This document shows, piece after piece, positions 41,001 through 53,253 of a DNA stretch of 64,000 nt. The stretch is from Balanoglossus misakiensis (lineage: Eukaryota > Animalia > Hemichordata): positions 12,600,909-12,664,908 of the forward strand of contig CM082580.2 in assembly GCA_040954595.2 (NCBI GenBank), given 5' to 3'. Within the stretch, counting starts at the first letter, position 1; every line of letters begins with the position of its first letter. The notes beneath the pieces were generated by a model. The model had not been told where the DNA came from. It saw nothing but the letters and a program-made list of their open reading frames with translations, and did no database searches. Both the position numbers and the translations under genes were made by a program.

Positions 41001-43266
41001 TCGAACACCTGTGGGTAGCGCGCGAGAACTCGCTGGTGTCCACCAATGGCAAGACGGGCAGACAGGTTTGGTCTGGTCTGTGCGAGGGTGACTCCATGCT
41101 GCACGATTACATCATCAACTACACCAGAGATTTCTTGGCGTCCGATTACCCGGCAAAATGGGCAGCGTTTGATCTGAACGCGCAACACAGGTGAGGGAAA
41201 TATTCACAAAGTAGTGATATTTAATCTGATCCGCACACAGTCAATCAACGATTTATCTGCGTCGAGCGGCAAAACTAACGTGTGTTTTTTAAATTTTACA
41301 GGGCCGAACACGAATCAATAAACCAAGTTGATGACAGTCTTGTCGGTTTTCTCCGAAATGTGATGGACGAACACCCGAACCTTGTGATCGTAAGTCATTG
41401 GTCAATCATGACACGTGACATCTCAGCTACCGTGAAACCCCAATTATTTGAGCAACAGCCCATCAATAGACCCTAATGTACAAAATATTTCTCGACATCC
41501 AGTTCAGTTCAGACAGTTCCGATTCAGACAATTCTTTGTAGCGGACTAATTCCTCAAACGGATCTCGTTTCAGTTTTTGTTTGGCGACCACGGTCAGATC
41601 TACGAGGGAGAAGCTGGCAAACATCTTGGGAGCCATTTAGAAGTCTTACTGCCTTTCCTGTCAATCATCGTTCCCGACCATGTCATCAAATCACACCCGC
41701 AGTGGGAGAGAAATCTTCTCCTCAATAGTCGCAGATACACAGTGAGTGATTTGATTGCATATAATCTGTTTTCTACGCCTGACAATGTCAATTTTGCATA
41801 ATATATAGAGGGGCACGGCGTTCATAAGCTCCTGGCAGATTTTTTACACATACATGTATATGCTTTGGGTTTGGTTACTCCTGCAGGCTGTACACTGCGC
41901 ATTTCAACGTGCTATAATCTCTCTGTCTCTCTCCTTTCCTACCGTACAGGTATTCTATGACGTACACAAGACGATGAAGTCGCTTCTACACTACCCACGT
42001 CTTGATGACGTCAGTGGGCACATGCACAATCTATCATATAACCTGCTCACCGATATCATACCGAAGTAAGTGCAGGGTCATCTAGGCAAAATAAATTTCC
42101 AATGATAACCCCGTCGATTAAGAGAGTATGGAGTATCATGCCAAAATCCATAAATCAAAATATTGTATTGCAAACTTCCAGACTGTAATTTATTGTTGAC
42201 ACATTTACAGGGGTCGCAGTTGCAGCAGTGCAGGTATTCCCAGTTGGTCGTGTGCGTGCAACATGCCCCAGGTGAGTTATTTTGAGTTATACTGTAAAGC
42301 TAACTACACACTACACTACACTACACTACACTGCATTACATTGAACGTACGATTTTCCAATTTTCCAGGTTCTCCAAAGGAAGAACTGGACCGAAGACCA
42401 CTATCGATTTGTGGAACAAGCGATTGTTGAAATAAACAAAAAGCACTCCAAGGTACTGATACCAACGTTTTACAGTTCTCATGAAGATGGTATTTCAACT
42501 AACCATTGTGCTGTTATGTTTTGAAGCCACGTTTCTCGTCACATACACAGAAAACCAAGTGTTTTTGGTGTAGTGCGGTACTATACGCAATACATGTAGT
42601 ACCAAAGATGGCGTTGATCGTCACGTGACCATTGTTCACGTGACACAGCGACGCGGCGTTCAGGCCATTTTAAAAGGTAGAAGAATTAGGCTATTTAATC
42701 ATTTCAGGCACGATGGCTTTCTCTTATTTTATCAGGAAGCGCTGCTCGAGAAAGATCCGATGAACAGCAATACCACAACAGCATGCAGGGATGTCCGACT
42801 ATGGAACATAACAAGCATCATAGCTTACAAGCACGGCGAAAACCCCAAAGGTGAAGAGATGAATCAGTACAAGATAATCTTCACTGCGCATGAAGGGCCT
42901 TCCACGTGGCAATTGATGATTGATAGTCAGGGAATCATAAACTCTGTGAGTACTTTCAGACACCGTTAGTAATTGGCACAATCCCTGGAAATCATCTCGT
43001 GACCCGTTATAATTTTGCATAATGATAGCACCCCACTGAATGACTCGTAGATGCATACAGTAAAGTTATGTAAACTTGACCATCATAATAAGCATTTGTG
43101 ACTTATCAATATATCCTTAGTTGTTCATGCCACCTGACAGTCTTGTTCGCAATCTAACTTTCAGATCAAACAGATGTCGCGCTATCAGAAGTACGAAGTA
43201 TGTCAAGATCCACGTGTATCAATCGAATTTTGCGTGTGTAAACAGTTTCCACCTGGAACGCCGTGA
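38048..43266 (+). CDS. DUF229 family protein (alkaline phosphatase/sulfatase-like fold, N-terminal membrane anchor), ~16 coding exons
   Basis: N-terminal TM (LYVLLTTILLLQLLLLFIV). Motifs ISLDSLSRAHFHRKCGLPKT (39827-39971), FGDHG, HLEVLLPFLSIIVP, FYDVHKTM, RSCSSAGIPSWSCAC, and a last exon ..SIEFCVCKQFPPGTP* (43166-43266). Not every exon phase was checked. Confidence 0.85.
42303..42343. repeat. (ACTAC)n pentanucleotide microsatellite
   Basis: actacacactacactacactacactacactgcattacattg, intronic. Confidence 0.8.
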
Positions 43267-43679
43267 GTGAGGCAGTGCTCTCGGTATCGACCAATTCTCA
43301 TATTGATATATATGCAATATACATATTTTTTTATTCCAACTCTGCAAAATAAAAAGGCGCTGGGAGGTCCCAGAAGTTCTGGACCAACTGAAGTATAAAG
43401 TGTTTCTCGCATGATATGATCTCCAGAGCGCATATTAGCATACAGTATAAATAAAAGAATAACATCACACTCCTGGACATTCAGCTTTGCGACAAGCCCA
43501 CACGTCATTGCGGAGTGAAGCTATAGGTCGTTATGGATAAGTACAAGATAAGACAATCAAATCGTGACGTCAGCTTTCGACGGACGGCTCTTTGCGAACC
43601 GGGGCCCTGAGTGCCCAGCCGCCAAAGTGGCGCATAATCATCAGAATGAGGTCAAATAAAATGGCCGCCTTGTCGCTTC

Positions 43680-44747
43680 TCAACTTGGAGGTAAACTGCA
43701 CTCGAAGCTGTGACTTTTCCAGATCATCGTCAATCTCTCACGTTCGTTTTCAAGTTTCTTCTTCTCTTCTTTGAGCCTTCTGTTCAGTGCGACCTGAATT
43801 TTGTGTTCCTTTTTGAAATCAAAACAAAAAATAGCATCAAGGACACAGTGCTTCCATTTCATAAGATTTGGTACATATCTCTTTGAACAACATTTACCTC
43901 AACAATTTGTGTCTCTTTCAGTTTCCGTTTCATTCGACATTTTGTGGCTGCTATTCGGTTTCGTTCTCGGCGCAAACTCCGCCTTTCCTCTTCTTCTTCT
44001 GTCATCTGCAAATGACATTCAAAATATGAGTCGTAATATAGCCTTGCGGTCTGTTTGCCTTCATCACTGGGCGTAAAGCGGAAATGACGTCACGACCCTA
44101 TAAAGTGTCAATATTAAAATTTTCTGGTCCCCGCCTGAACGGGCAGGTAATCGGAAGCAATCACAGTCCCTTTGAAATTTTATCTTGGTTGATCAGGTGA
44201 TTATGCGATAACTGCTGAAACTATATGTCAACATTCGTTATACAAAAATTATCATTTACCATTTAGAACATCCTAACACCAGTAAAAAATTCAGCCGACT
44301 GTTGGACAATAAATGGGATAGTACATACATGGTTATTTTGCAACATCTGAAAAGCACAAAAATATGCGAATTTCTACATGGGGGATGCTGCGCCTATCTT
44401 CGACCTTTCTGGTCAGGTGATGGACGCAGAGGTCAGCGAAAATTAATACGTACAACGTCATATCGCTTGGGGGACGCACACTCCGGTTTGATCGTCACTT
44501 CCGGTAGTCCTTTCGATAGTCTCCTTGTCCTGATGGCGCTCTTCAGCTCGTCTTTGACGAGAGAAGTGTGAGTGATATCATGTTCCCAGTGACCCTCGGT
44601 CTTAATATTCAAAAAAGAAACGCCTTTGCTTTCCTCTGTGTCTTTGTTGTACATTCTCTCTTCTAAAATGTGTGTCAGGCGAATATTATGCTTTGATGCA
44701 GGCTCGGGAAGCTGCCAGTCCTCCATGGCGGCGAGTTCCGTTACCAT
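43680..44747 (-). CDS. ATF3/JDP2-like bZIP transcription factor, 3 exons, 176 aa
   Basis: Exons 44747-44454 (SLVKDELKSAIRTRRLSKG, like the ATF3 N-terminal motif), 44005-43898 (basic region EEERRSLRRERNRIAATKCRMKRK; missed by the ORF track), 43808-43680 (zipper ending HSFEC). All phase 0. Confidence 0.88.
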
Positions 44748-45803
44748 GGAGACGATTTGTGGTCACTGCGGAAAAATGAGATCTTTATTAGCTCTCGCCA
44801 ATAGCATGATAAAAACACGTTCCATTACATAGCATGGTGACATACATAGTTGCATGCATATATTGCATATATACATACATTTCAGATATATAGTTGCTAA
44901 CAGGAAATTTTATGTGTAGATCTCTACGTGCAACTGCACGGCAATTCTCCGAATTCTAAGTCACGTGACAACGTGAACAATGGCTTCTGTTTGGCATTCC
45001 TGTCCAACTTTCGAAACGGAGACGACGTTTTCAAAGTTTCAGACAAGTTTCAAACAAACATCCGCATTCAAGAAAACTGAAATTCTCATCGGAACAATTA
45101 CAATTCAATGTCAGATCTGAGACGACGAAGACAGTTCATTTTGGATTCTGACGACGCGGTTACTTGCGGTTCGTCCAATTGTATTGGCTGTTGTATCTAT
45201 GTACGGTGGTGTTCGTATACGTGACCTATATAATGACATAGTTGAATGGCTAATGCTTGGTCACCTACCTATCAACAGCTACAAGAGCAGAATGAAGATG
45301 ATAGGCCTATTATAAACAGATTCACTACGTCGGCGATAATCTCCTGAAAAAAACTGGCAGTTTCGTTTGCGTTGTGCGCTTTAGCTACAGACTGTTCGAC
45401 ATATCAGTGCACTATGCCATAGAGGCAAACAGTATTGACGTATGGTTTAAGGGGAACTCCCCACTTTACATATCACGGGACCGAGCAGACCGATGACGTC
45501 GTAGTCGGTCATTGGTTAATATCAGATGTGCGGACGGCTGGCGATATGGTCTTTCCTTGAACCACAGTCGTCTCCGGATGTGTCCCCAATGGGGGCGCCC
45601 TTTGTGGTAGCATATATACGAGTATACCCTTCCCGTGGACCCTTCCAGATGATGATCTGACTTTATCTAAAAATGCAAATAAGCCACAATACTTCTGAAA
45701 ATCAGATGACCTTGAAACGTCAGAATTCGTCAAATTCTTAACAAAACTAGTCGTCAGTCGGAGTGTCTCTCATTTCAGTCCGGTTATACTCGCCGTCATC
45801 ATC

Positions 45804-48800
45804 ATGACTCATCAACAAGTGTCCGGTGGAAATTCACAAAAAGTATGTATCTTATATTGTAAATGCGTTTTTTTTCATGGGTTGAAAGGAAATCGCACCC
45901 TTGGGCCTGTCGAATTGTCAGTCGCATCCTGTGCCACAACCTGGTCTATAGACATCGGTACAAAACCTAAAATGGTGTAAGCACCTAGACACCTATATAG
46001 CTGCATAGAAATAGCCATTCGCACACAAGTGAACGGTGACTAAAATGACCCACAGATTATTCCCACAAACCTGCAGAAACCGTGGTTAACCTATTGTTTC
46101 TGCAGGTTATGAGAGAGCCGTCACAAAACGTTCAGGGATAAAACACCTGTTGCATGCCATTTCTGTAACGCGTGTTGAGAGCGTTTTCGGGTACAAAGTC
46201 TTCACGCGTTCAAATAAGATTGACACCAATAATCAATTTGCTCAACTGTGTCGATTTTTGAAATGCCGATAACACTGAAAATACGTTTCTAATTTTAAAA
46301 AAAATATCGTAATAATACATTATGTAACAACAATAAGGTAGATAAAGTTCAAGTTTACGAGGGCGTGTCAAAGATGTTTTGTAAGTATTACATAATTTAC
46401 TGATGCTGTGGTTCCCCCCTCCTGCACCATCTGATAAATTTCCCTTTGTACGCTGGCTGATATAAATGGCAATTTTTAAGAAATAAAGTTTGTTATCATT
46501 CTGGTCTTGTTTAATTGTACTTGTTTGTCTCGTGCGCTCATCATCCATCACGATGTATTTATTTCTTATGTCACGTCAATGTAGGTCAAAAGGCTTGGAC
46601 TGTTGGAAAGACTAGCTTCTGGCCGCCCGGTCATCGGTGACGGCAGTTTCGTGTTTACACTAGAGAAACGCGGATATGTCACCGCTGGACCGTTTACCTC
46701 AGAGGCCGCGGTCCAACACCCGGACGCAGGTGTGTATGAATTAAGTACAGGGGGTTAACTTTCGTTACTCCTCTCAACGTAGGGATGCCACATCATGCAT
46801 TCTTATGCACTGAAAAGATTTCCAACAACTCTTTTTGAATGGTGTTACGTATAAAACTTACTCGTCCATTGCTCCATTTGCTAAACCCATACAGTCAAAC
46901 AGCTGAGTCGTGAGTTCGTCCGCGCAGGTGCCGATGTCGTGCAGGCTTTCACGTTCTACTCAACGGACGACAAACTTCAATACACGGGTGAATCAGACGC
47001 TGGCAACCAGACTGCAAATATCACTGTAGGTATAAAACAGAACTCATGAAAGAACATGTATCTCTCTGTGTGTTTCTTTCTGTCTCTCTGTCTTCTCACC
47101 GTCTCTGTGTGTCTCCCTATCTGTGTCTCTTTCTCCCCTCTCTATAAAGTGCAACCTGTACATGTACATACGCCCCTTCACCTCTGCTCTGTTGTCTGCT
47201 TGTATCAACTGTTCATGGAAATGACGGCGAGAAACTTACCTCTCAAATTCCATTCTTTCATGTTACGAGACCCACTCATCCTCTCTCTCTCTCTGTCCAC
47301 AGAGTGACCAGTTGAACCGGGCAGCGTGCGACATTGCCAGAGAAGTAGCCGATGAAGGTAACGCTCTGGTGTGTGGCGGAATCTCGCCAACTCCCAGCTA
47401 CACAGAGGACAAAGGCAAAGAGGCTGTGCAGAAAGAATTCCAAAAGCAGTGTCAGATTTTCATCGAAAAAGACGCAGACTTCTTATTAGCCGAGGTGTGT
47501 CCATTTAACAGTCGATAAAGTTGCTCTTCACGATTCGTGTTGCGTGTTTGTTTTCGCATGGCATTTGAAATTCTAGTACCTATGTTTACTCACTGTCATT
47601 GTTGTCAGTTTTTCAGCGCAGTGGAGGAGTTGGAATGGGGCGTGGAAGTCCTCAAATCGTCCGGAAAACCAGTCGCTGCTACCATGAGGCTTGGGTTGAC
47701 GGGAGACTTGAATGGAGTCAGTGTTGAAGAGTGTGCAGTCAGAATGGCCAGAACAGGTAGGCCTGGACGTCTTCCGTGCAGAATCCACCCACGGCCCCTC
47801 CACATCATGAGCCCAACCACATGGACCAACGCACGATATAAAACTAAAAAGACTACGCAAACGTTGGCCGATATTTTCATGTTTTGAAACGGAACACCCT
47901 ATGATTCAGTAACCCGCGTGTGCCGACTAAAAAATGAGCTTATGTACAGCGCCCTGCGGTCTCGTAAGATAGAGGTTTTGATTGGTCAGTTCCACAACAG
48001 GTGTATGAATGGTTTGACCAATAGGCCTAACGACAGGCTTTCCGAGGCTCTCACGCACACTGCAAAGAGATGTCTATCACTCGGTGAATTTTTGCCGCCA
48101 TCAACAAGTGATATTCCCCCATCATTCATTTTCCACAGGGTGTGACATCATTGGCATCAACTGCTTGTATGATCCGGACACGTGCATCAAGATCATGACG
48201 CGGATGAAGACCGCATTACAGGAGGCCGGGTTACAGCCCTATCTCATGGCTCAACCAGGAGGATTTTTTACGCAGGATGTTACTGAGAACAAGGACGGGC
48301 ATATGGCTGTGTCTGAGTACCCGCTCGGTAAATAAACGACCATTAAATGTGTACAACAAAATTTAATACCCGAACTTATGAACAAATCAGGGAAACGCCA
48401 ACGACGTAAACGATGATTGTGATAAGCTCTTAACAGTCGTAAGCTCAGTCTTGCTTGAATGTATTTACGCTGGTGTTCTCCTTCTCTTGATTTCAGCGAT
48501 GGAGTCCCGACTTATCAGCCGAGCAGACGCTCACAGATTCGCCCGGAAAGCCTATGAGTTAGGCATACATTATATCGGCGGATGCTGTGGTTTTGAACCT
48601 TACCACATCAGAGCCATAGCTGAAGAGGTAATCAGTATTAGACATTTTATCCTGTTATGGGAATTTGACTGTTACGTCAGCCGTGTAATAGAACGATTTC
48701 AGGCCAATTGCAGAGAGCGCCCTCGAACGACTGATCTTACAGTCTATTATCTCGTCTGTTTTTATCAGCTCGCTCCGGAAAGAGGATTTAGACCACCAGG

Positions 48801-49137
48801 CCACGACAAAAACTCACTTTGGGGTGATGCACTTGCACTGAGTTCGGCACTGTCTGGTCAGAATGTCAAGTAAGTTCATTCTCCACTCTCCGGACGCCGG
48901 TGACGCTTTCACAGTGCAACCACAGTCCAGAATAGTTTTATATGTAGTAATAGTTACACTGTCAGCTAAATATAACACGGTTGTCAGAACATTTGTACAT
49001 TGACTATATTACAGTATGCTTTTCAACTGTTTGTGACTGAGTCCGTAAATTCTATAAATCTAACCTTTTTTCCATTTTCTCTTAGGGCCAGCAAAAAATA
49101 TTGGGAAAATTTGAAGCCTGCATCCGGTCGCCTCTGA
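45804..49137 (+). CDS. BHMT: Betaine-homocysteine S-methyltransferase-like (homocysteine S-methyltransferase family), 9 exons
   Basis: [44 protein letters not shown], zinc ligands IGINC and [25 protein letters not shown], end [17 protein letters not shown]. Symbol is family-level. Confidence 0.92.
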
Positions 49138-49291
49138 TGACTGCCTTGGCGAAGATGGATGGTGTCGAAACCTGTTTCACATATTGTCTTAATAACGTCA
49201 AATCAAGTTTTGTTTGTTCCTGTACTATGTACAGTAGATGTATCTTTTCGAAGAAAGTCTGTGTCACGTAATAAACACAAATTGGAATTAT

Positions 49292-49966
49292 TTACAATGT
49301 TTTTTCGAAATCATGATTATCAACAAACACGTAGCCCGGAATAAAGATGTGAAAAGGTTCCTTTTTGAAGATTTGGTAGCCATTCTTTTTATAGAATTCG
49401 TTCGCGGCAATTTGCACACTTGCCGTCCTTAATCGAACCTGCCTGTATCCCTGTAGACGACAGAATTCTTCGGCACATTTCAACAGTCGGCCCGCCAGGC
49501 CGCGCCGTCGGTATTCTGGATGCACGACCATTCGGCGGATTTCGGCAACGGTCGGGTCTTTACGATCCACGGCGACGGTTCCGACTATCTTTCCGCCGTG
49601 CACGGCGACAAATAGGTTACGTCCGTCGTGCGTTCTGTAGTATTCGAAGAGGCTTTTTCGCCAATCGCTGTGACGTTCATTGTAGTACCTGTTCCTGCGC
49701 AGTCTCATGGGCAAACTCGCCAACTGGTAAAACACCAGTAGAAGTGGTAGAGGGAGAATCAGGCTTAATAAGAGATGTCTTCTCCAGGCGTAGATAGAAA
49801 CAGAAATTCCAAACATGGCGAAGGCTGAAACCGGGTGGGTGATCAAGTAAACCACGGTCGACCAGAAAGCGCCTTTCAGGAGTCCTTCGCGTACTAGCAG
49901 ACGATAGGCGGCACTGTCCTCATCTTTCCTCAGACCTCTGAGGACGATATCGGTGCTGGTTTCCAT
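49292..49966 (-). CDS. NAT8/Camello-like GNAT N-acetyltransferase, single coding exon
   Basis: Hydrophobic hairpin followed by FVAVHGGKIVGTVAV, EIRRMVVHPEYRRRGLAGRLL (acetyl-CoA motif A) and AANEFYKKNGY. Confidence 0.9.
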   Translation of the reverse strand: METSTDIVLRGLRKDEDSAAYRLLVREGLLKGAFWSTVVYLITHPVSAFAMFGISVSIYAWRRHLLLSLILPLPLLLVFYQLASLPMRLRRNRYYNERHSDWRKSLFEYYRTHDGRNLFVAVHGGKIVGTVAVDRKDPTVAEIRRMVVHPEYRRRGLAGRLLKCAEEFCRLQGYRQVRLRTASVQIAANEFYKKNGYQIFKKEPFHIFIPGYVFVDNHDFEKTL

Positions 49967-51143
49967 GGCTACAAGTGAGGTTGCCTGGAATTGTCACCTG
50001 TCCTTAATGCGGAAAAGAGAATACGAACGGATTAGAAGATTACCTGAAAGAAGGGGTGTATGGTGACTCACAAAATGAATACCAACTGGGCCTGCAAGTA
50101 ATGGTCAAGGGCTGGGTGCAGTGCGTCATTTGATGACCAGAGAAACGTCGGAACCACTCCCCAATTTACATCAAAGTGGACTTAAAGTTGCCAAGAAGTC
50201 GGTCTTCCTTGCTCTTAAAAGAAATGACCAGGTGAGACCTGTTTTACCGAGCCAAATGTTAAACGGAAATGGTCTTTGCACCCTCAGGTGACCATGCATG
50301 CATAATGTGGATGTCCACACAACTGCCTTGAAAACGGCCTGTCCTCCGGCTGTCTCTGGCAATACGCGCCTCGAAGGGGCGGAGATAGTTACAATACTCT
50401 TCGGTCGACAAGTACTCTATACTGAGTCGTAAAATGAGACGTACAAGGGATAACTTACTTGAGAATCAGACTGAACAGCATTCTATACAGGGATTAATTA
50501 CGACGAGGGTAACTCACCTCAGTCTGGTCCGTCGACCCAAAGTGCAAAGGTCAATGGTCACTGTATAGTTCGTTAACGGAATTGGATAACATCGAAGTTA
50601 GGCCTACAGCGATATATTGCTTGCAAACTTCCAACTGAACACGTATACTATAATAGTTTTATGCGTACTTATCACCATAAAAAGGTCGCCCCAAATCCGA
50701 AAACACAATCTTCAGTTACAACACCATACAAAGTGTATCATAGCAGAGTTTCTCAGTATCGACTGAAGTACATCACGGCGATTGAATAATTTGCAAACGA
50801 AACCTCTGTGTGTTACGACTGATGAATTTCTGTCTGTTAGAAAATGCGGTAAGCAGCTCAATTTTAGGTACAGTAAAAGTTGCTGGTATTGCATAATGAA
50901 TTCCACATTTCATTTAAAGTACTTTAATTCCACTTTATACGAATGAGTGTATTTGTCTTTAATTTTAATATAACATGTCCCTTGTATTAGAGTTTGCAAA
51001 TAGTTGTATCTTTGCAAAAGTAGTCGATTCGCTATAATAATAAAAAAAGTAATCGAATGCCGACAGCAGGTGTCACGTGGTCGGGTGGGGCGTTACGTCA
51101 CTTGAAAGTTCAGCTTCAACGTCAGCAAGGATAGGTCGGCGGA

Positions 51144-53253
51144 ATGGCGGGCAATATTGTTGGAATGTTTCTGATTTTGACTTCCATTCTGGTGATCAAT
51201 TACTCTCTGGTAAGTAAAAGTGGACCTGTTTCCATTCAGTTATTCATCTTTCTATGTTTCTTCAGTTATATAGAGCTTGGAATATTGCCATTGAACTTGG
51301 CATGGTTGCGTCATCTTATAATATGATTAGAAAAATAATGTTGACGAAAGGACTATATGCTTATGTCAAAAGTGGTTTTACTATTTAATTTATTTTGGAG
51401 GGGTAATCGATTCCTGATCTATGACCCGGTCAATATTTTTGTTATAATTCTGATGATATGACATTTTTTTCAGACGAGCGCTGCAAACGTTCCCGAGTAA
51501 GTATCTTCTCAATGCTTTACTTTATCATTAGTTTTATGTATGTTTTGTATGTTACAGTAACACCGTAAATCCTCTATGCATACATTTTGTAACCCATCAT
51601 TAGACATATACAAACAATTCTAAAACATAGAACGTAGAAATACTGTCAAACACATAAAGTTTGTGAATAAAATATAACATATCAACAACATAAAAACCGC
51701 AATTAACAACACAGCGCAGTCAGCTGTTCTCCAGTTTAATGAAATTTAGGCTCCAACACAATAGTTAATTTGTTGATTGTCACCTATTCCCATATGTTGC
51801 GTGGTGTCATTTAATGTTTTTTTCGAAGCTGTTGATTAACACGTTCCGTGGCTCTCATTATAGATGCCAAATAGATGAGTATCGATGTGGCGCGGAATGC
51901 TGTCCCAACAGATGTACAGAAATACAGTAAGTGTGGTTGTTGTTGTTGTTGTTGTGGTTGCTGTTGATATATAACCAGGCATGCACATACAAGGTCTAAC
52001 CATTCTGTTACAGATGCGCCGAGCGTGAATACTGCTGCGGAGAGGAAACCTGTTGCCATAACGACGAGGCCAGGGTCCGGCGGCAGGCAGAGGGCGGCGG
52101 GGAAGGAGATGGCGGAGACACTGACGGAGCGGAGGAAACAAACGGCGATGGTGACGACGACGGAGCGGGAGACGGCGCAGTAACAGAGGCTGCTGACGGT
52201 GACGATGATGGTGGTCTTGTTACCAAAGGTGCGGAGGATGGAGGCGGCGTTGACAACGACGATGGAGCGGCAGATGGTGCGGTAACAGAGGCTGCTGACG
52301 ATGATGACGAAGACGGTGGCGATGACGTTACAGAGGTAAACGAAGAGGGGCCAGGTGAAGAAGATGCCACTGTTGGTGTTACGGAGTCAAATGCGGACGA
52401 AAATGTCACCGAGCGTGACGATGACGACGGCGGTGAAGATGACGTCACTGAGGCTGGGGATGATGTCACACTAGGAGATGACAACGAAACCGTGACTACT
52501 GGTGTTACAGAGACCAATGCGGATGGGACAGATGGAGAAAATGTCACTGGAGATGAAACGACAGACCCTGGTGATGGGAATGAGGAGGAAGAAGACGAGA
52601 AGGAAGAAGAAGGGACCACTTCTGAAACAAACGATGAAGAAAATAAGCAAGGGCAACAAAATGGAGACACCAAAAACGGAGAAAAGTGGTACCAAAAATC
52701 GTAAGCGTGATTTCGTATACTGGCCTTTTGGCATTTCTTGATTGTGCCACGGCCACAAGACGTTTTGATCGCCATATTATGTATTTGACTGTCCTAGTCT
52801 GTCATGTCCGCTTTGGTAAACTTTGTTTTCTCGCTCAACAGGTGGTTGCTTTATGCGGGAATAGGTTTGGTCGTGGCAATCGTCGCTGTGGGGATGATCG
52901 CGGCCGGCGTTGTTGCAATTCGACGAAGAAAGGCACGCCGGGACGGATTATTGCACTGTGACGACCACGAGGCAGGGTCTTACAGCACCTTTCCCAGAGA
53001 CGGGGACCAGGAGGGGAAAGGTATGCTGGCCTCCATGCTCAACTTCTGTCAGAAAGCACCGGAGGACCCGGCACTTGACGAGAGGGATACAGAAGAGGGC
53101 GCTGGCAAACCAAAGACAGAAGACCAAGTCCCAGTCGCCGGTGAAGAAGAAGTGACCGAGCCAGTTCAAGAGGAGGGTGAACGAGGGGATGTGCCCGCTA
53201 CTTCAGAGGAGGCTACTGCCGGCGAAGAGGGCGCTGACAAATCTGAAGACTAG
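51144..53253 (+). CDS. Type I membrane protein with Shisa/VOPP1/WBP1-like Cys motif and long acidic stalk, 5 exons
   Basis: Exons 51144-51209 (signal peptide), 51474-51496, 51912-51926 (15 nt), 52014-52700, 52842-53253 join in frame: ECTEIQCAEREYCCGEETCC, RVRR, D/E/G/T-rich region, KWYQKSWLLYAGIGLVVAIVAVGMIAAGVVAIRRRK. Confidence 0.75.
51935..51967. repeat. (GTT)n microsatellite
   Basis: ggttgttgttgttgttgttgtggttgctgttg, intronic. Confidence 0.8.

Noticed and set aside
44740-49972. RFX X-box-like sequences over the ATF3-like and NAT8-like start codons
   Set aside because: Explained by the palindromic CCATGG Kozak context.
51558-51564. Possible 7-nt microexon (CAG|TAACACC|GTAAAT)
   Set aside because: Inclusion shifts the frame into a stop early in the next large exon.
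52008-52775. 255-aa Ser/Pro-rich minus-strand ORF
   Set aside because: Antisense shadow of the acidic plus-strand exon, which has proper splice sites and joins a signal peptide to a TM.
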